Of a stretch of DNA of 64,000 nt, positions 15,902 through 23,209 are shown in pieces (the stretch's first letter is position 1; every line of letters begins with the position of its first letter). Made by a program: the position numbers and the translations under genes. Source of the DNA: a virus; IMG/VR virus record IMGVR_UViG_3300010430_000004, positions 32,001 through 96,000 of that record; one strand, written 5' to 3'. The notes under the pieces are model-generated. The model was given only the letters and a program-made list of their open reading frames with translations. It was not told the DNA's origin and did not search any database.

Positions 15902-16136
15902 AAATTATACTTGTTGTGACAGGAATATTTGTGAATGTGGAGAAAAAGAACACCGTACTCATGGCAGTCAAAAAGTAAAAATTGACATTAGAGAAGCGAC
16001 TAAAAAAATTGAATTAGCTTTCCATATAGAACAAAAATACCCCCAATTATCTCTTATAGAAATTAACAGAATAGTGGCAGGAATCCTAAAAGGCAATGTT
16101 CAGCTTTTAGATAAAAAGTCTGATATTAAAAAATAA
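15891..16136 (+). CDS. Hypothetical Cys/His-rich protein
   Basis: MPHKNYTCCDRNICECG. Confidence 0.55.
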   Translation: MPHKNYTCCDRNICECGEKEHRTHGSQKVKIDIREATKKIELAFHIEQKYPQLSLIEINRIVAGILKGNVQLLDKKSDIKK

Positions 16137-16209
16137 GTAGTAACTCAAGAGTAGAGTGCCATACCGAAAGAAGTATGAGGTGTGTCAGGTGCGAGTCCGG
16201 CCTACTTAG
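16134..16209 (+). tRNA. tRNA-like element with an abnormal 8-nt anticodon loop (pseudo-tRNA or mimic)
   Basis: Acceptor TAAGTAG/CTACTTA; D-arm ACTC/GAGT; CATAC-cgaaagaa-GTATG; T-arm GTCaGG-TGCGAGT-CCGGC; no CCA. Confidence 0.65.
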
Positions 16210-16212
16210 ATG

Positions 16213-16354
16213 TTATCGTCGGGTGATTCAGAAATGAATCAAGGGAAGCAAGATAATCAGCTCAGTCTCTGTAGACACTAAACTCAGGGTTCTTGTAACA
16301 TCGTTTTAAATTTAACACCGAAACTAGTCCGGTGTAATTGACTAGCCCAGATAA
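16213..16354 (+). ncRNA. Structured RNA element F with an H-type pseudoknot
   Basis: TTATC/GATAA closing stem; GATTCA-gaaa-TGAATC; GCAAGA/TCTTGT; ACACCG/CGGTGT whose loop CTAGTC pairs with GACTAG. Confidence 0.6.
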
Positions 16355-16364
16355 GGAGAAAATT

Positions 16365-16745
16365 ATGGCAGCGCCATTTATAATCAAATATGGTATAGAT
16401 GATTCCAATGGAACTCTTGGAGTTATAGAAACTAAAAAATCCAGAAAAGGAAATTATTACGAAAGAATCAATATTGGTTCTGGATGGGAATATAATCACC
16501 ACTACGAAAAAGATAAGGTATTTATTAACGATGGTTATCAATATGCTTATGCTGCCATAGTTGATTGGCTTTTAGGCAGAGATGATGAAATAGTTTATGA
16601 TCTTGATCTTAACACTGCTCCACCATTTCTTAAGGTTGAAAAAAGTAGTTGTTTTGTATATATCTCAGTAATAGACTTTGATGGTTTTGATATTGATGAA
16701 TTTCACAAATGGACAGAAAACAAAGTAATGGTAAGAGTTTGGTAA
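16365..16745 (+). CDS. Hypothetical protein
   Basis: AAGGAG RBS before MAAPF. Confidence 0.65.
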   Translation: MAAPFIIKYGIDDSNGTLGVIETKKSRKGNYYERINIGSGWEYNHHYEKDKVFINDGYQYAYAAIVDWLLGRDDEIVYDLDLNTAPPFLKVEKSSCFVYISVIDFDGFDIDEFHKWTENKVMVRVW

Positions 16746-16759
16746 CGATATTAATAAAC

Positions 16760-16824
16760 GGATATGCAGTCCACCGCGTATGATGCGTAGCTGGTCTTCT
16801 TTAAAGAATCATACTCTTGCCAGC
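16760..16824 (+). ncRNA. Structured RNA element G (loop-loop pairing)
   Basis: Hairpin loop GTATGAT (16778) is complementary to ATCATAC (16808) inside the GCTGG/CCAGC stem. Confidence 0.5.
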
Positions 16825-16842
16825 GATTTTTTAGGAGAATTT

Positions 16843-17097
16843 ATGGAATTTTGGGTAACTCTTATTGGAGTACATAATTTACACGTAGATGGAGTAAAAG
16901 AAGCATTAGAAGCTAACTGTACTCATGTATTGAATGATTATTATATTTTTGAAGGTTCTCTTGAATATCTTGAAAATCATTACGGAGTAGAATTTTCTAG
17001 TCTTGGCGAAGGTGCGGTTCCATCTCTAGGAGATATGGATCAAGGTGCTCTTATTCATCTTTGCTTTGAAGTTTTTGGAATAGATGTGACTATATGA
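16843..17097 (+). CDS. Hypothetical protein
   Basis: AGGAG RBS before MEFWV. Confidence 0.6.
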   Translation: MEFWVTLIGVHNLHVDGVKEALEANCTHVLNDYYIFEGSLEYLENHYGVEFSSLGEGAVPSLGDMDQGALIHLCFEVFGIDVTI

Positions 17098-17209
17098 GTG
17101 CTTCCCTTTTTATTTTTATACTAGCAGTGATTGTACCACACGAAGCAGACACTATTGTTTGGTTTGCTTGGTTCATTTCACTTTTTATTGATTTTGAGTA
17201 GGAGAATTT

Positions 17210-17917
17210 ATGAACAGAAGAGATCTTTTAAAAACCGGAGCAGCACTTTCTGCCGTTGCATTTTTGCCTTTTTATAAAAGCAAAACAAAACCAAAGTGGG
17301 CAAAGGCTGATCATATTAAAACTTTAGATAGTTGTCTTTATCAGTATAATAAAAGAATAACCAAAGATCTTCCACCTGTTTATTACAAATGGGGAAAGAA
17401 ACTAAACGCATCAATAGATGCCAACACTACTACTTATATCAGGCAAATTTCTATAGAAATGGCAGCGCCCAATGTTACCAAACAAAATATCATAAATGAA
17501 ATTAAAGAAAAATGGAACGATGACTCTGCAATCTTAACTACTATTGGTGCAGAAGGGGCTTTTATCGATTTGGATACTGAAACCTTTAGAGCTCATAGAG
17601 ATATAGCTTCCCTTAAAAGATCCTTAAAACAAAACAGAGAATACGAAGATTCGAAAAGCATGACAGAATATAAGGAATGTATTATTGATAAAAATCCTCA
17701 GTATTCTAGAAAGTGGAGAGAATGGTACACTGAAAATAAAAGGCACATCCATGTATTGCCTGTGGGAGAAAAATCTATAATCAAAGAGTCTTATAAAACA
17801 AGCAATAGATTTTGTATAGACTCTTTTGCTAATCAAAACATTGCCGCCAGAGACAAGACTATTCAGGATATAAAAAATAAAGAAATTAACCCACTTTATT
17901 ATAGGTCCCTTATATGA
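17210..17917 (+). CDS. Hypothetical protein with a twin-arginine-like signal
   Basis: MNRRDLLK followed by a hydrophobic stretch. Confidence 0.6.
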   Translation: MNRRDLLKTGAALSAVAFLPFYKSKTKPKWAKADHIKTLDSCLYQYNKRITKDLPPVYYKWGKKLNASIDANTTTYIRQISIEMAAPNVTKQNIINEIKEKWNDDSAILTTIGAEGAFIDLDTETFRAHRDIASLKRSLKQNREYEDSKSMTEYKECIIDKNPQYSRKWREWYTENKRHIHVLPVGEKSIIKESYKTSNRFCIDSFANQNIAARDKTIQDIKNKEINPLYYRSLI

Positions 17918-18240
17918 AGAAAAGAAAAGCACCTAAAGTTATAGCTGGGGCTCGTGGGTTGTTTGTTAAAGACGGAGTGACTCATGGGTATGCTGTTGGT
18001 GTATCTGTGGTAGCTAACTATGCCAACATCTCTTTTGGTACCGTCAGGGTAGTAAAAGGTCTGGTAGAAAAGTTTACCGAACTCCAAGAATGCGAATTAC
18101 AAATCTTGGACCCTGCCACTAATGAAATAATACACAAATTAGACCTTAAAGATTATAAACCCTATATTACAGCTAATGATGGTTTATTTACTTGCCAAAT
18201 ACCGCTGAAGGTTGATAAGGAAAAAGATGAAGATAATTAA
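17914..18240 (+). CDS. Hypothetical protein
   Basis: 108 aa, ATGA overlap. Confidence 0.6.
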   Translation: MKKRKAPKVIAGARGLFVKDGVTHGYAVGVSVVANYANISFGTVRVVKGLVEKFTELQECELQILDPATNEIIHKLDLKDYKPYITANDGLFTCQIPLKVDKEKDEDN

Positions 18241-18703
18241 AGCGCCAGCAACATTAAAAATTGAAGGACCTTCTGTATTCCTTGCAGGAAGCATAGAAAT
18301 GGGCAACGCTGTTGATTGGCAAAGTTCCATTACAGACTCTATAGAAGAATCTGGATTGTTCTGCACAGTATTGAATCCTAGAAGGGAAGACTGGGATTCT
18401 TCATGGTTGCAGAGTATAGAAGATCCACAATTCAAACAACAAGTAAGTTGGGAATTAAATGCTTTGGAAAAAGCAAAAGTAGTAGCTATGTATTTCGCGC
18501 CAGGGACAAAGAGCCCTATATCTTTGCTTGAGTTGGGCCTATACGCTGAAAGTGGCAAAATGATAGTGTGCTGCCCTCACGGTTTTTGGAGAAAAGGAAA
18601 TGTAGACGTAGTGTGCGAAAGGTATGGAATTCCAGTTGTCGAAACGCTCGAAGAACTGGCCGATGATATAATTGCTGAATTAGAACATTACGCCCGATAT
18701 TAA
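18227..18703 (+). CDS. Nucleoside 2-deoxyribosyltransferase-like protein
   Basis: VFLAGSI...DWQ...LNPRR...QVSWEL...PISLLELG. Confidence 0.85.
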   Translation: MKIIKAPATLKIEGPSVFLAGSIEMGNAVDWQSSITDSIEESGLFCTVLNPRREDWDSSWLQSIEDPQFKQQVSWELNALEKAKVVAMYFAPGTKSPISLLELGLYAESGKMIVCCPHGFWRKGNVDVVCERYGIPVVETLEELADDIIAELEHYARY

Positions 18704-18712
18704 TATTTAATA

Positions 18713-18787
18713 TACCCTAAAGCCTGAGCTCAAGTGGCCAAATGCTGATGGAAAATCCCACAATCATTCAAATGCCCAATTAGGGTG
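18713..18787 (+). ncRNA. Structured leader/RNA element
   Basis: ACCCTAA/TTAGGGT closing stem after promoter box 18695, abutting the GGAGG RBS. Confidence 0.4.
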
Positions 18788-18796
18788 GAGGTTGCC

Positions 18797-19438
18797 ATGA
18801 GCAAAAAAATAGAAGAATTCAAATACAGTTTTATAGTAGATATCATTACTCTTAAAGAATTCATTGAGAGAGTAGAAATTAAAGAGTTTGATGATTTATT
18901 TTATGCGTATAATGCGCAAGTATCAACGCCAGATTTTTCTGCTTTTTTAGAAGATGTAAATGATTATCCAGAAGAAGAAACTCACTATAAAAAGAAAGTG
19001 ACCTCAATGGTTAAAGCTAATGAAGAAAAGCTTTTTCTTAATTATGTTCTTAACAATGGCGAACATAGCTTTAAATGGAAAGTACCTATACAAGATTTTT
19101 ATGAAGACTTGGGCATAGATCACATGATGAACTTTGGCATGGCAAAATGTATAGTAAAGCTTGGCGCTAGAAGATATATGGTTGCTGACCCCTGCGATTT
19201 TGCCAGACTTCATGGAAAAAGAGGAAAAGGAGTCGTTGCTTATCATCACAATAGGCTTCTTATTAGAGAAATGATGCCTATAACTGAAAAGGAAGCTATT
19301 CGTAGGGCTAAAAAAATTATAGGAAGAAAACCCACAAAAGAAATGATCAAAAATTTAGAAGCAGCAGGTGAGGTCATTGAAAAAGCAAATGAACTTGTCA
19401 AAAAAATAAAAATTTCCAAAAATGACGATACTAAATAA
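18797..19438 (+). CDS. Hypothetical protein
   Basis: GGAGG RBS before MSKKI. Confidence 0.65.
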   Translation: MSKKIEEFKYSFIVDIITLKEFIERVEIKEFDDLFYAYNAQVSTPDFSAFLEDVNDYPEEETHYKKKVTSMVKANEEKLFLNYVLNNGEHSFKWKVPIQDFYEDLGIDHMMNFGMAKCIVKLGARRYMVADPCDFARLHGKRGKGVVAYHHNRLLIREMMPITEKEAIRRAKKIIGRKPTKEMIKNLEAAGEVIEKANELVKKIKISKNDDTK

Positions 19439-19442
19439 GTAC

Positions 19443-19514
19443 ATCTATGCTATCTTACCCTGGAAAGGCGTATTGAATCATTCTGCGGATTCTGTAGGAA
19501 AGTAAGTCATAGAT
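19443..19514 (+). ncRNA. Structured RNA element H (multibranch)
   Basis: ATCTATG/CATAGAT, CTTAC/GTAAG, CCT-ggaa-AGG, GAATC/GATTC. Confidence 0.6.
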
Positions 19515-19530
19515 AGGGAGTAATTGCCCT

Positions 19531-19599
19531 GGAAAAGTAGTTTAATTGGTTAAAACCCCCTCGTTGAGGGGAATGTCGGTTCGAGTCCGGCCTTTTCCG
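19531..19599 (+). tRNA. tRNA-like element, nominal GTT (Asn) anticodon in a non-canonical arm
   Basis: Acceptor GGAAAAG/CTTTTCC; D-arm GTTT/AAAC; CCCCTC-GTT-GAGGGG; T-arm GTCGG-TTCGAGT-CCGGC; no CCA. Confidence 0.7.
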
Positions 19600-19617
19600 A
19601 TTTTTTTAGGAGAATTT

Positions 19618-19806
19618 ATGGAAAACATAGACAAATTATTTATATATTTCCTTATACAAACGTTCGTAGCGGCTGGAATTATGACTATATTTAAAGTTAT
19701 AGGCGTAGCACCAGAAAATTTAGATATGAATATGATATTTGCCATTGCTGTTGGAACAGGCGTGTTCTGGAGCGTTAAGTACCATCTTGGGCAAAATGGA
19801 AAATAA
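19618..19806 (+). CDS. Small two-TM membrane protein
   Basis: AGGAG RBS before MENID. Confidence 0.6.
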   Translation: MENIDKLFIYFLIQTFVAAGIMTIFKVIGVAPENLDMNMIFAIAVGTGVFWSVKYHLGQNGK

Positions 19807-19981
19807 AGAAAAGAAAAATAAAAGATCCAAATATATTGGAAGGTTTGATGCTCTATCTGACGAGTATTCAAAAGTAAACAGAAGAAGAAGCCGAACATTA
19901 ACAGCAGACAATACAAGTACCCAGGGTCAACACTATAATGGGCACACATCAACTTCTGGTGGAAAAATGAGCACAAAATGA
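19796..19981 (+). CDS. Small basic protein
   Basis: Start at MENKEK, overlaps both neighbours. Confidence 0.5.
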   Translation: MENKEKKNKRSKYIGRFDALSDEYSKVNRRRSRTLTADNTSTQGQHYNGHTSTSGGKMSTK

Positions 19982-20310
19982 ATATTAGGTTTAACCCAAA
20001 AGGTTTGACAGAATCTTTTTCGGTAATATCTGTAGATTTTAGAAAAGATTCACCTAGAAGTTTTTGTCCTCACATGGGAAAGGTAAACTGGTTCAATTTA
20101 TATATAACCAATATATTATCTATACAAGACATGGGAAAATATAGAGAAATAAAAACAGATACGAGTGCTTCTGGAAATAGCCCCTATAGGCATCTTGTAA
20201 CTATAGGAGTTGGAAAAATGGATTCTAATGGAAGGCTTATATTCTTTGCACAAAACTCCCTACAAGACCTGATAGAGCAGTTAAAAAATTCAGGAGCAGA
20301 ACTGTATTAA
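19978..20310 (+). CDS. Hypothetical protein
   Basis: 110 aa, ATGA overlap. Confidence 0.6.
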   Translation: MNIRFNPKGLTESFSVISVDFRKDSPRSFCPHMGKVNWFNLYITNILSIQDMGKYREIKTDTSASGNSPYRHLVTIGVGKMDSNGRLIFFAQNSLQDLIEQLKNSGAELY

Positions 20311-20320
20311 TCTTAAATAT

Positions 20321-20521
20321 ATGAAATTAAAGTATTTGTCTGATTTGAAAAAAAATCAAAAAATTACACAAGGCTTAGAGAATCCTCACCAGCCTAAAAA
20401 GAACAGCATGGGACACAAATCTGGTGGACAGATCCTTCGCTACGGTTCAGATATATTTGCTAAACCTAAATCTAAGGTACCAAATAGCAAAATCGCCAGC
20501 AGATCTAAAAAAGACTACTAA
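20321..20521 (+). CDS. Small basic protein, probably on a leaderless late mRNA
   Basis: AATCTTAA begins 12 nt before the ATG; no SD. Confidence 0.55.
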   Translation: MKLKYLSDLKKNQKITQGLENPHQPKKNSMGHKSGGQILRYGSDIFAKPKSKVPNSKIASRSKKDY

Positions 20522-20540
20522 CACCTGATATTAAATTTTG

Positions 20541-20625
20541 AAGGAAAAAAGACTGTGAGCTAGTATCCTTTAGGGTGTGGCCCGTACCGACTTTTTCTTA
20601 TAGTTTTCTCACAGCTATAGGAAGG
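20541..20625 (+). ncRNA. Structured RNA element J (pseudoknot)
   Basis: CTGTGAG (20553) pairs with CTCACAG (20608) in the loop of TCTTATAG/CTATAGGA; internal TATCC-ttta-GGGTG. Confidence 0.55.
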
Positions 20626-20643
20626 GCGCTTTTAGGAGATCTT

Positions 20644-20787
20644 ATGAAAACTTTTCTTAATGTTTTAGGTATAATAGGGGCTTTAGTTGCTCTTGTTCTT
20701 TTTATGAGCTGGATGGTAAGCTGTACCTGTGAAAGTGCTGGAACTTCAACTGTAGTTGTCGGTGGGCAAACTCACAGATGTCATTAG
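20644..20787 (+). CDS. Small membrane or lipoprotein
   Basis: AGGAG RBS before MKTFL; hydrophobic segment followed by Cys. Confidence 0.55.
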   Translation: MKTFLNVLGIIGALVALVLFMSWMVSCTCESAGTSTVVVGGQTHRCH

Positions 20788-21725
20788 AACAAATAAACCT
20801 TGGCTGGGGCAATCCGTATTTTCTTTTACAAATATTGAATGGAAGTATACTTCCAAAATTTATGAATTTTGAAGCCAGCGAATTAAGTTATCCTCCGAAA
20901 GATGGGTTAGAGGAGTTGAGAAACCTAACCAAACAGGTAATCAAAGAAACTACTGGCCTTGATTATGATCATATTATAATTACCAATGGCGCTACATCTG
21001 CTATTAATACTATTCTTAGATACGAAAAACCAAAATATGTATACACCCATGAATATGGTTATCCTCTTTATGATAAAATTATAAAAGGCAATAAAATGGT
21101 TAGAGTAAATGATCTTACTAGACCTAGACAACAAGATTGCATTGATTTAATAGATAGCCCAAGCAACCCTACTGGTAAACAAGTATTGTTTGCTCACGGT
21201 AATAATTCTATATGGGATGCTGTATATCATAGTTCAATATACACTTATAATTTAAACCTTTTCCCAAAAAATCACAAATATTATGTAGGCTCTTATAGTA
21301 AGTTATTGGGTCTAGCAGGATGCAGAGTAGGATTTATTGCTATAAACGACCCTTTCCTTCGAGATGAATTGTATTTTGAAAATTGGAAAGACTTAGCTGG
21401 AGTTTCTGCTCTTAGCCAAAAATTTTTAATAAACGTTTTAAAAGAAATAGACCTTCCAATGTTCTTAAAAAGTGGAGAAAAAAGCCTAAATTACAACAGA
21501 GAAGAATTCCAAAAAATAGAGCATTTATTCGGCAATCAATTAGTCAATGAAATTGGTATGTTTTATTGTGCTAAATGCGATGATAGGCTTTTCAAATTCT
21601 TAGATAAATGCAATATTCAATACGTTAAATTAGATAGTGAGACTATACGATTATCTATGGGTCACGAAAATGAAATAACAAAATCTGCCATTAGCAGAAT
21701 CAACCAAATGGACAAAATAAAATGA
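20778..21725 (+). CDS. PLP-dependent aminotransferase class I/II
   Basis: ITNGAT, SPSNPTG, DAVY, GSYSKLLGLAGCRVG. Confidence 0.9.
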   Translation: MSLEQINLGWGNPYFLLQILNGSILPKFMNFEASELSYPPKDGLEELRNLTKQVIKETTGLDYDHIIITNGATSAINTILRYEKPKYVYTHEYGYPLYDKIIKGNKMVRVNDLTRPRQQDCIDLIDSPSNPTGKQVLFAHGNNSIWDAVYHSSIYTYNLNLFPKNHKYYVGSYSKLLGLAGCRVGFIAINDPFLRDELYFENWKDLAGVSALSQKFLINVLKEIDLPMFLKSGEKSLNYNREEFQKIEHLFGNQLVNEIGMFYCAKCDDRLFKFLDKCNIQYVKLDSETIRLSMGHENEITKSAISRINQMDKIK

Positions 21726-22048
21726 TAGCTGTTTGTTTTATAGTTGGACTTTTAGTATATAGTGGCTTAGCTTACATTTCCTATGAAGATTCTATCAAAA
21801 ATTCTTGGTATTTTTATTATCTAGGAATAGGTATAGCAATAGTGGCAAACTTTGCATGGTTAACCATTGCCAAAACTGTTCCTGAAAATTCAAAAATATT
21901 GATATATGGATCTATATGGGATGCTATGATTTTGTTTACTTTTATAACTATACCTTTTATATTTTTTGAAATGAAATTAACCACAAAAGACTGGATTGGC
22001 CTTTCTTTGATAATATTAGGTATACTAATTGTGAAGGTTTTAAAATAA
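21722..22048 (+). CDS. Four-TM membrane protein (SMR/EamA-like)
   Basis: 108 aa, four hydrophobic segments, WIGLSLIILG. Confidence 0.6.
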   Translation: MIAVCFIVGLLVYSGLAYISYEDSIKNSWYFYYLGIGIAIVANFAWLTIAKTVPENSKILIYGSIWDAMILFTFITIPFIFFEMKLTTKDWIGLSLIILGILIVKVLK

Positions 22049-22275
22049 TGAAAGATAAATTAAAAGAAGTAGAAAAAAATATCAAAGAATTAGTAGATAA
22101 AGCTGATTTGGAAATAGAAGAACAAATAGACAAATATTACAATGGTGCCGGATACTCTCACAATGTTATCAGCCTGATACTTAGCAATTTAGCCAAAAAG
22201 GTAGGAACTCATTACGCTAATGATTTGGTTCGTAAGCATGAGCTAGAAGAGATCTTTGGAATACCGGAGGCATGA
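22048..22275 (+). CDS. Hypothetical protein
   Basis: 75 aa, coupled. Confidence 0.6.
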   Translation: MKDKLKEVEKNIKELVDKADLEIEEQIDKYYNGAGYSHNVISLILSNLAKKVGTHYANDLVRKHELEEIFGIPEA

Positions 22276-22850
22276 TGAATAAAATAATTAAATTTGTATG
22301 CGATCAGTTGGTAAAATGGTGCATTAAAAATAATAGAGTTTATAAAATTACAGGTGGGCCAGCAGGAGAAACTGTTTATCTTGTAAGGTATATTGTCCAC
22401 AAAAGTAAATTTGGTTGCATATATATACATAGATTTATGAGAAGTGACGCTGATGACCCACATGATCATCCTTGGAATTTTTGGACATACGTAGTCTCAG
22501 GTGGATATACTGAAATTTTTTACGATAAAACAAAACAAGTTACTGAAGCAGGCACTAGATCTGATGGTATAAGGTATTCTATTTTCCATGCTCTGTGGGT
22601 GGAAAAGTTCAATAAAAGAAAACCAGGTTCTATTGCTTATCGCAAAGCTACTGATATTCATCAGGTTGTTGTTGATAAATCCAGAAATATGGATGAAATC
22701 GAAGAAGCCCCCTATACAATATGTTTAATGGGGCCTAGACGAAGAGATTGGGGTTTTTGGCTGAAACCTTTGAAAGGTACTGGTTTTTTAGATTGGAGAG
22801 AATATTTATCAATAACTCCAGAAGATGAGAGAATTGAAGGGTCTGAGTAA
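22272..22850 (+). CDS. Cupin-fold (cysteine dioxygenase-like) phage protein
   Basis: IYIHRF.RSD...HDHPW...GGYTE...H...GPRRRDWGFW. Confidence 0.7.
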   Translation: MMNKIIKFVCDQLVKWCIKNNRVYKITGGPAGETVYLVRYIVHKSKFGCIYIHRFMRSDADDPHDHPWNFWTYVVSGGYTEIFYDKTKQVTEAGTRSDGIRYSIFHALWVEKFNKRKPGSIAYRKATDIHQVVVDKSRNMDEIEEAPYTICLMGPRRRDWGFWLKPLKGTGFLDWREYLSITPEDERIEGSE

Positions 22851-22851
22851 A

Positions 22852-23151
22852 TTACTTTTTTTCGTATAATCCACTAAAGAAAGCGCCAAGATCATCACCG
22901 TATGTTCTGTTTTCTTCAGCATCTTGGGGTACACAAATAGCAGGGTCCATATCAGGTGTTTCAGGAACCCACTCGGTTTTTCTTATAATATTACAGTCAT
23001 TATTTTCTTGTTTTTTCCAGATTTTCCTATGAATTATACCATTTATAGACATTCTTTGAGGTACAAACTTAGGCGCAACTGCTTCTTCATAAGCTTTTTG
23101 CTCATTTTTCTTTATTTGTTCCATTAATTCGCCAGGATATAACAATTTCAT
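22852..23151 (-). CDS. Hypothetical protein, probably on a leaderless late mRNA
   Basis: Start moved to MKLLYP; AATCTTAA begins 12 nt upstream. Confidence 0.55.
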   Translation of the reverse strand: MKLLYPGELMEQIKKNEQKAYEEAVAPKFVPQRMSINGIIHRKIWKKQENNDCNIIRKTEWVPETPDMDPAICVPQDAEENRTYGDDLGAFFSGLYEKK

Positions 23152-23186
23152 ATATTTAAGATTATTACAAATATGGCAATTATCAA

Positions 23187-23194
23187 AATCTTTA
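23187..23194 (+). promoter_or_regulatory. Putative late promoter box AATCTTTA
   Basis: Same motif at 20309, 23156(-), 31594(-), 31621, 34237, 43412(-), 44668 and 44705, each just upstream of a gene start. Confidence 0.65.
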
Positions 23195-23209
23195 ATATTT
23201 GAGGTATTG

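Noticed and set aside
16213-16354. SAM-I-like (TTATC..GATAAG) or cobalamin-like (GGTG..AAGGGAA) riboswitch
   Set aside because: Only the end motifs match; the conserved cores are absent
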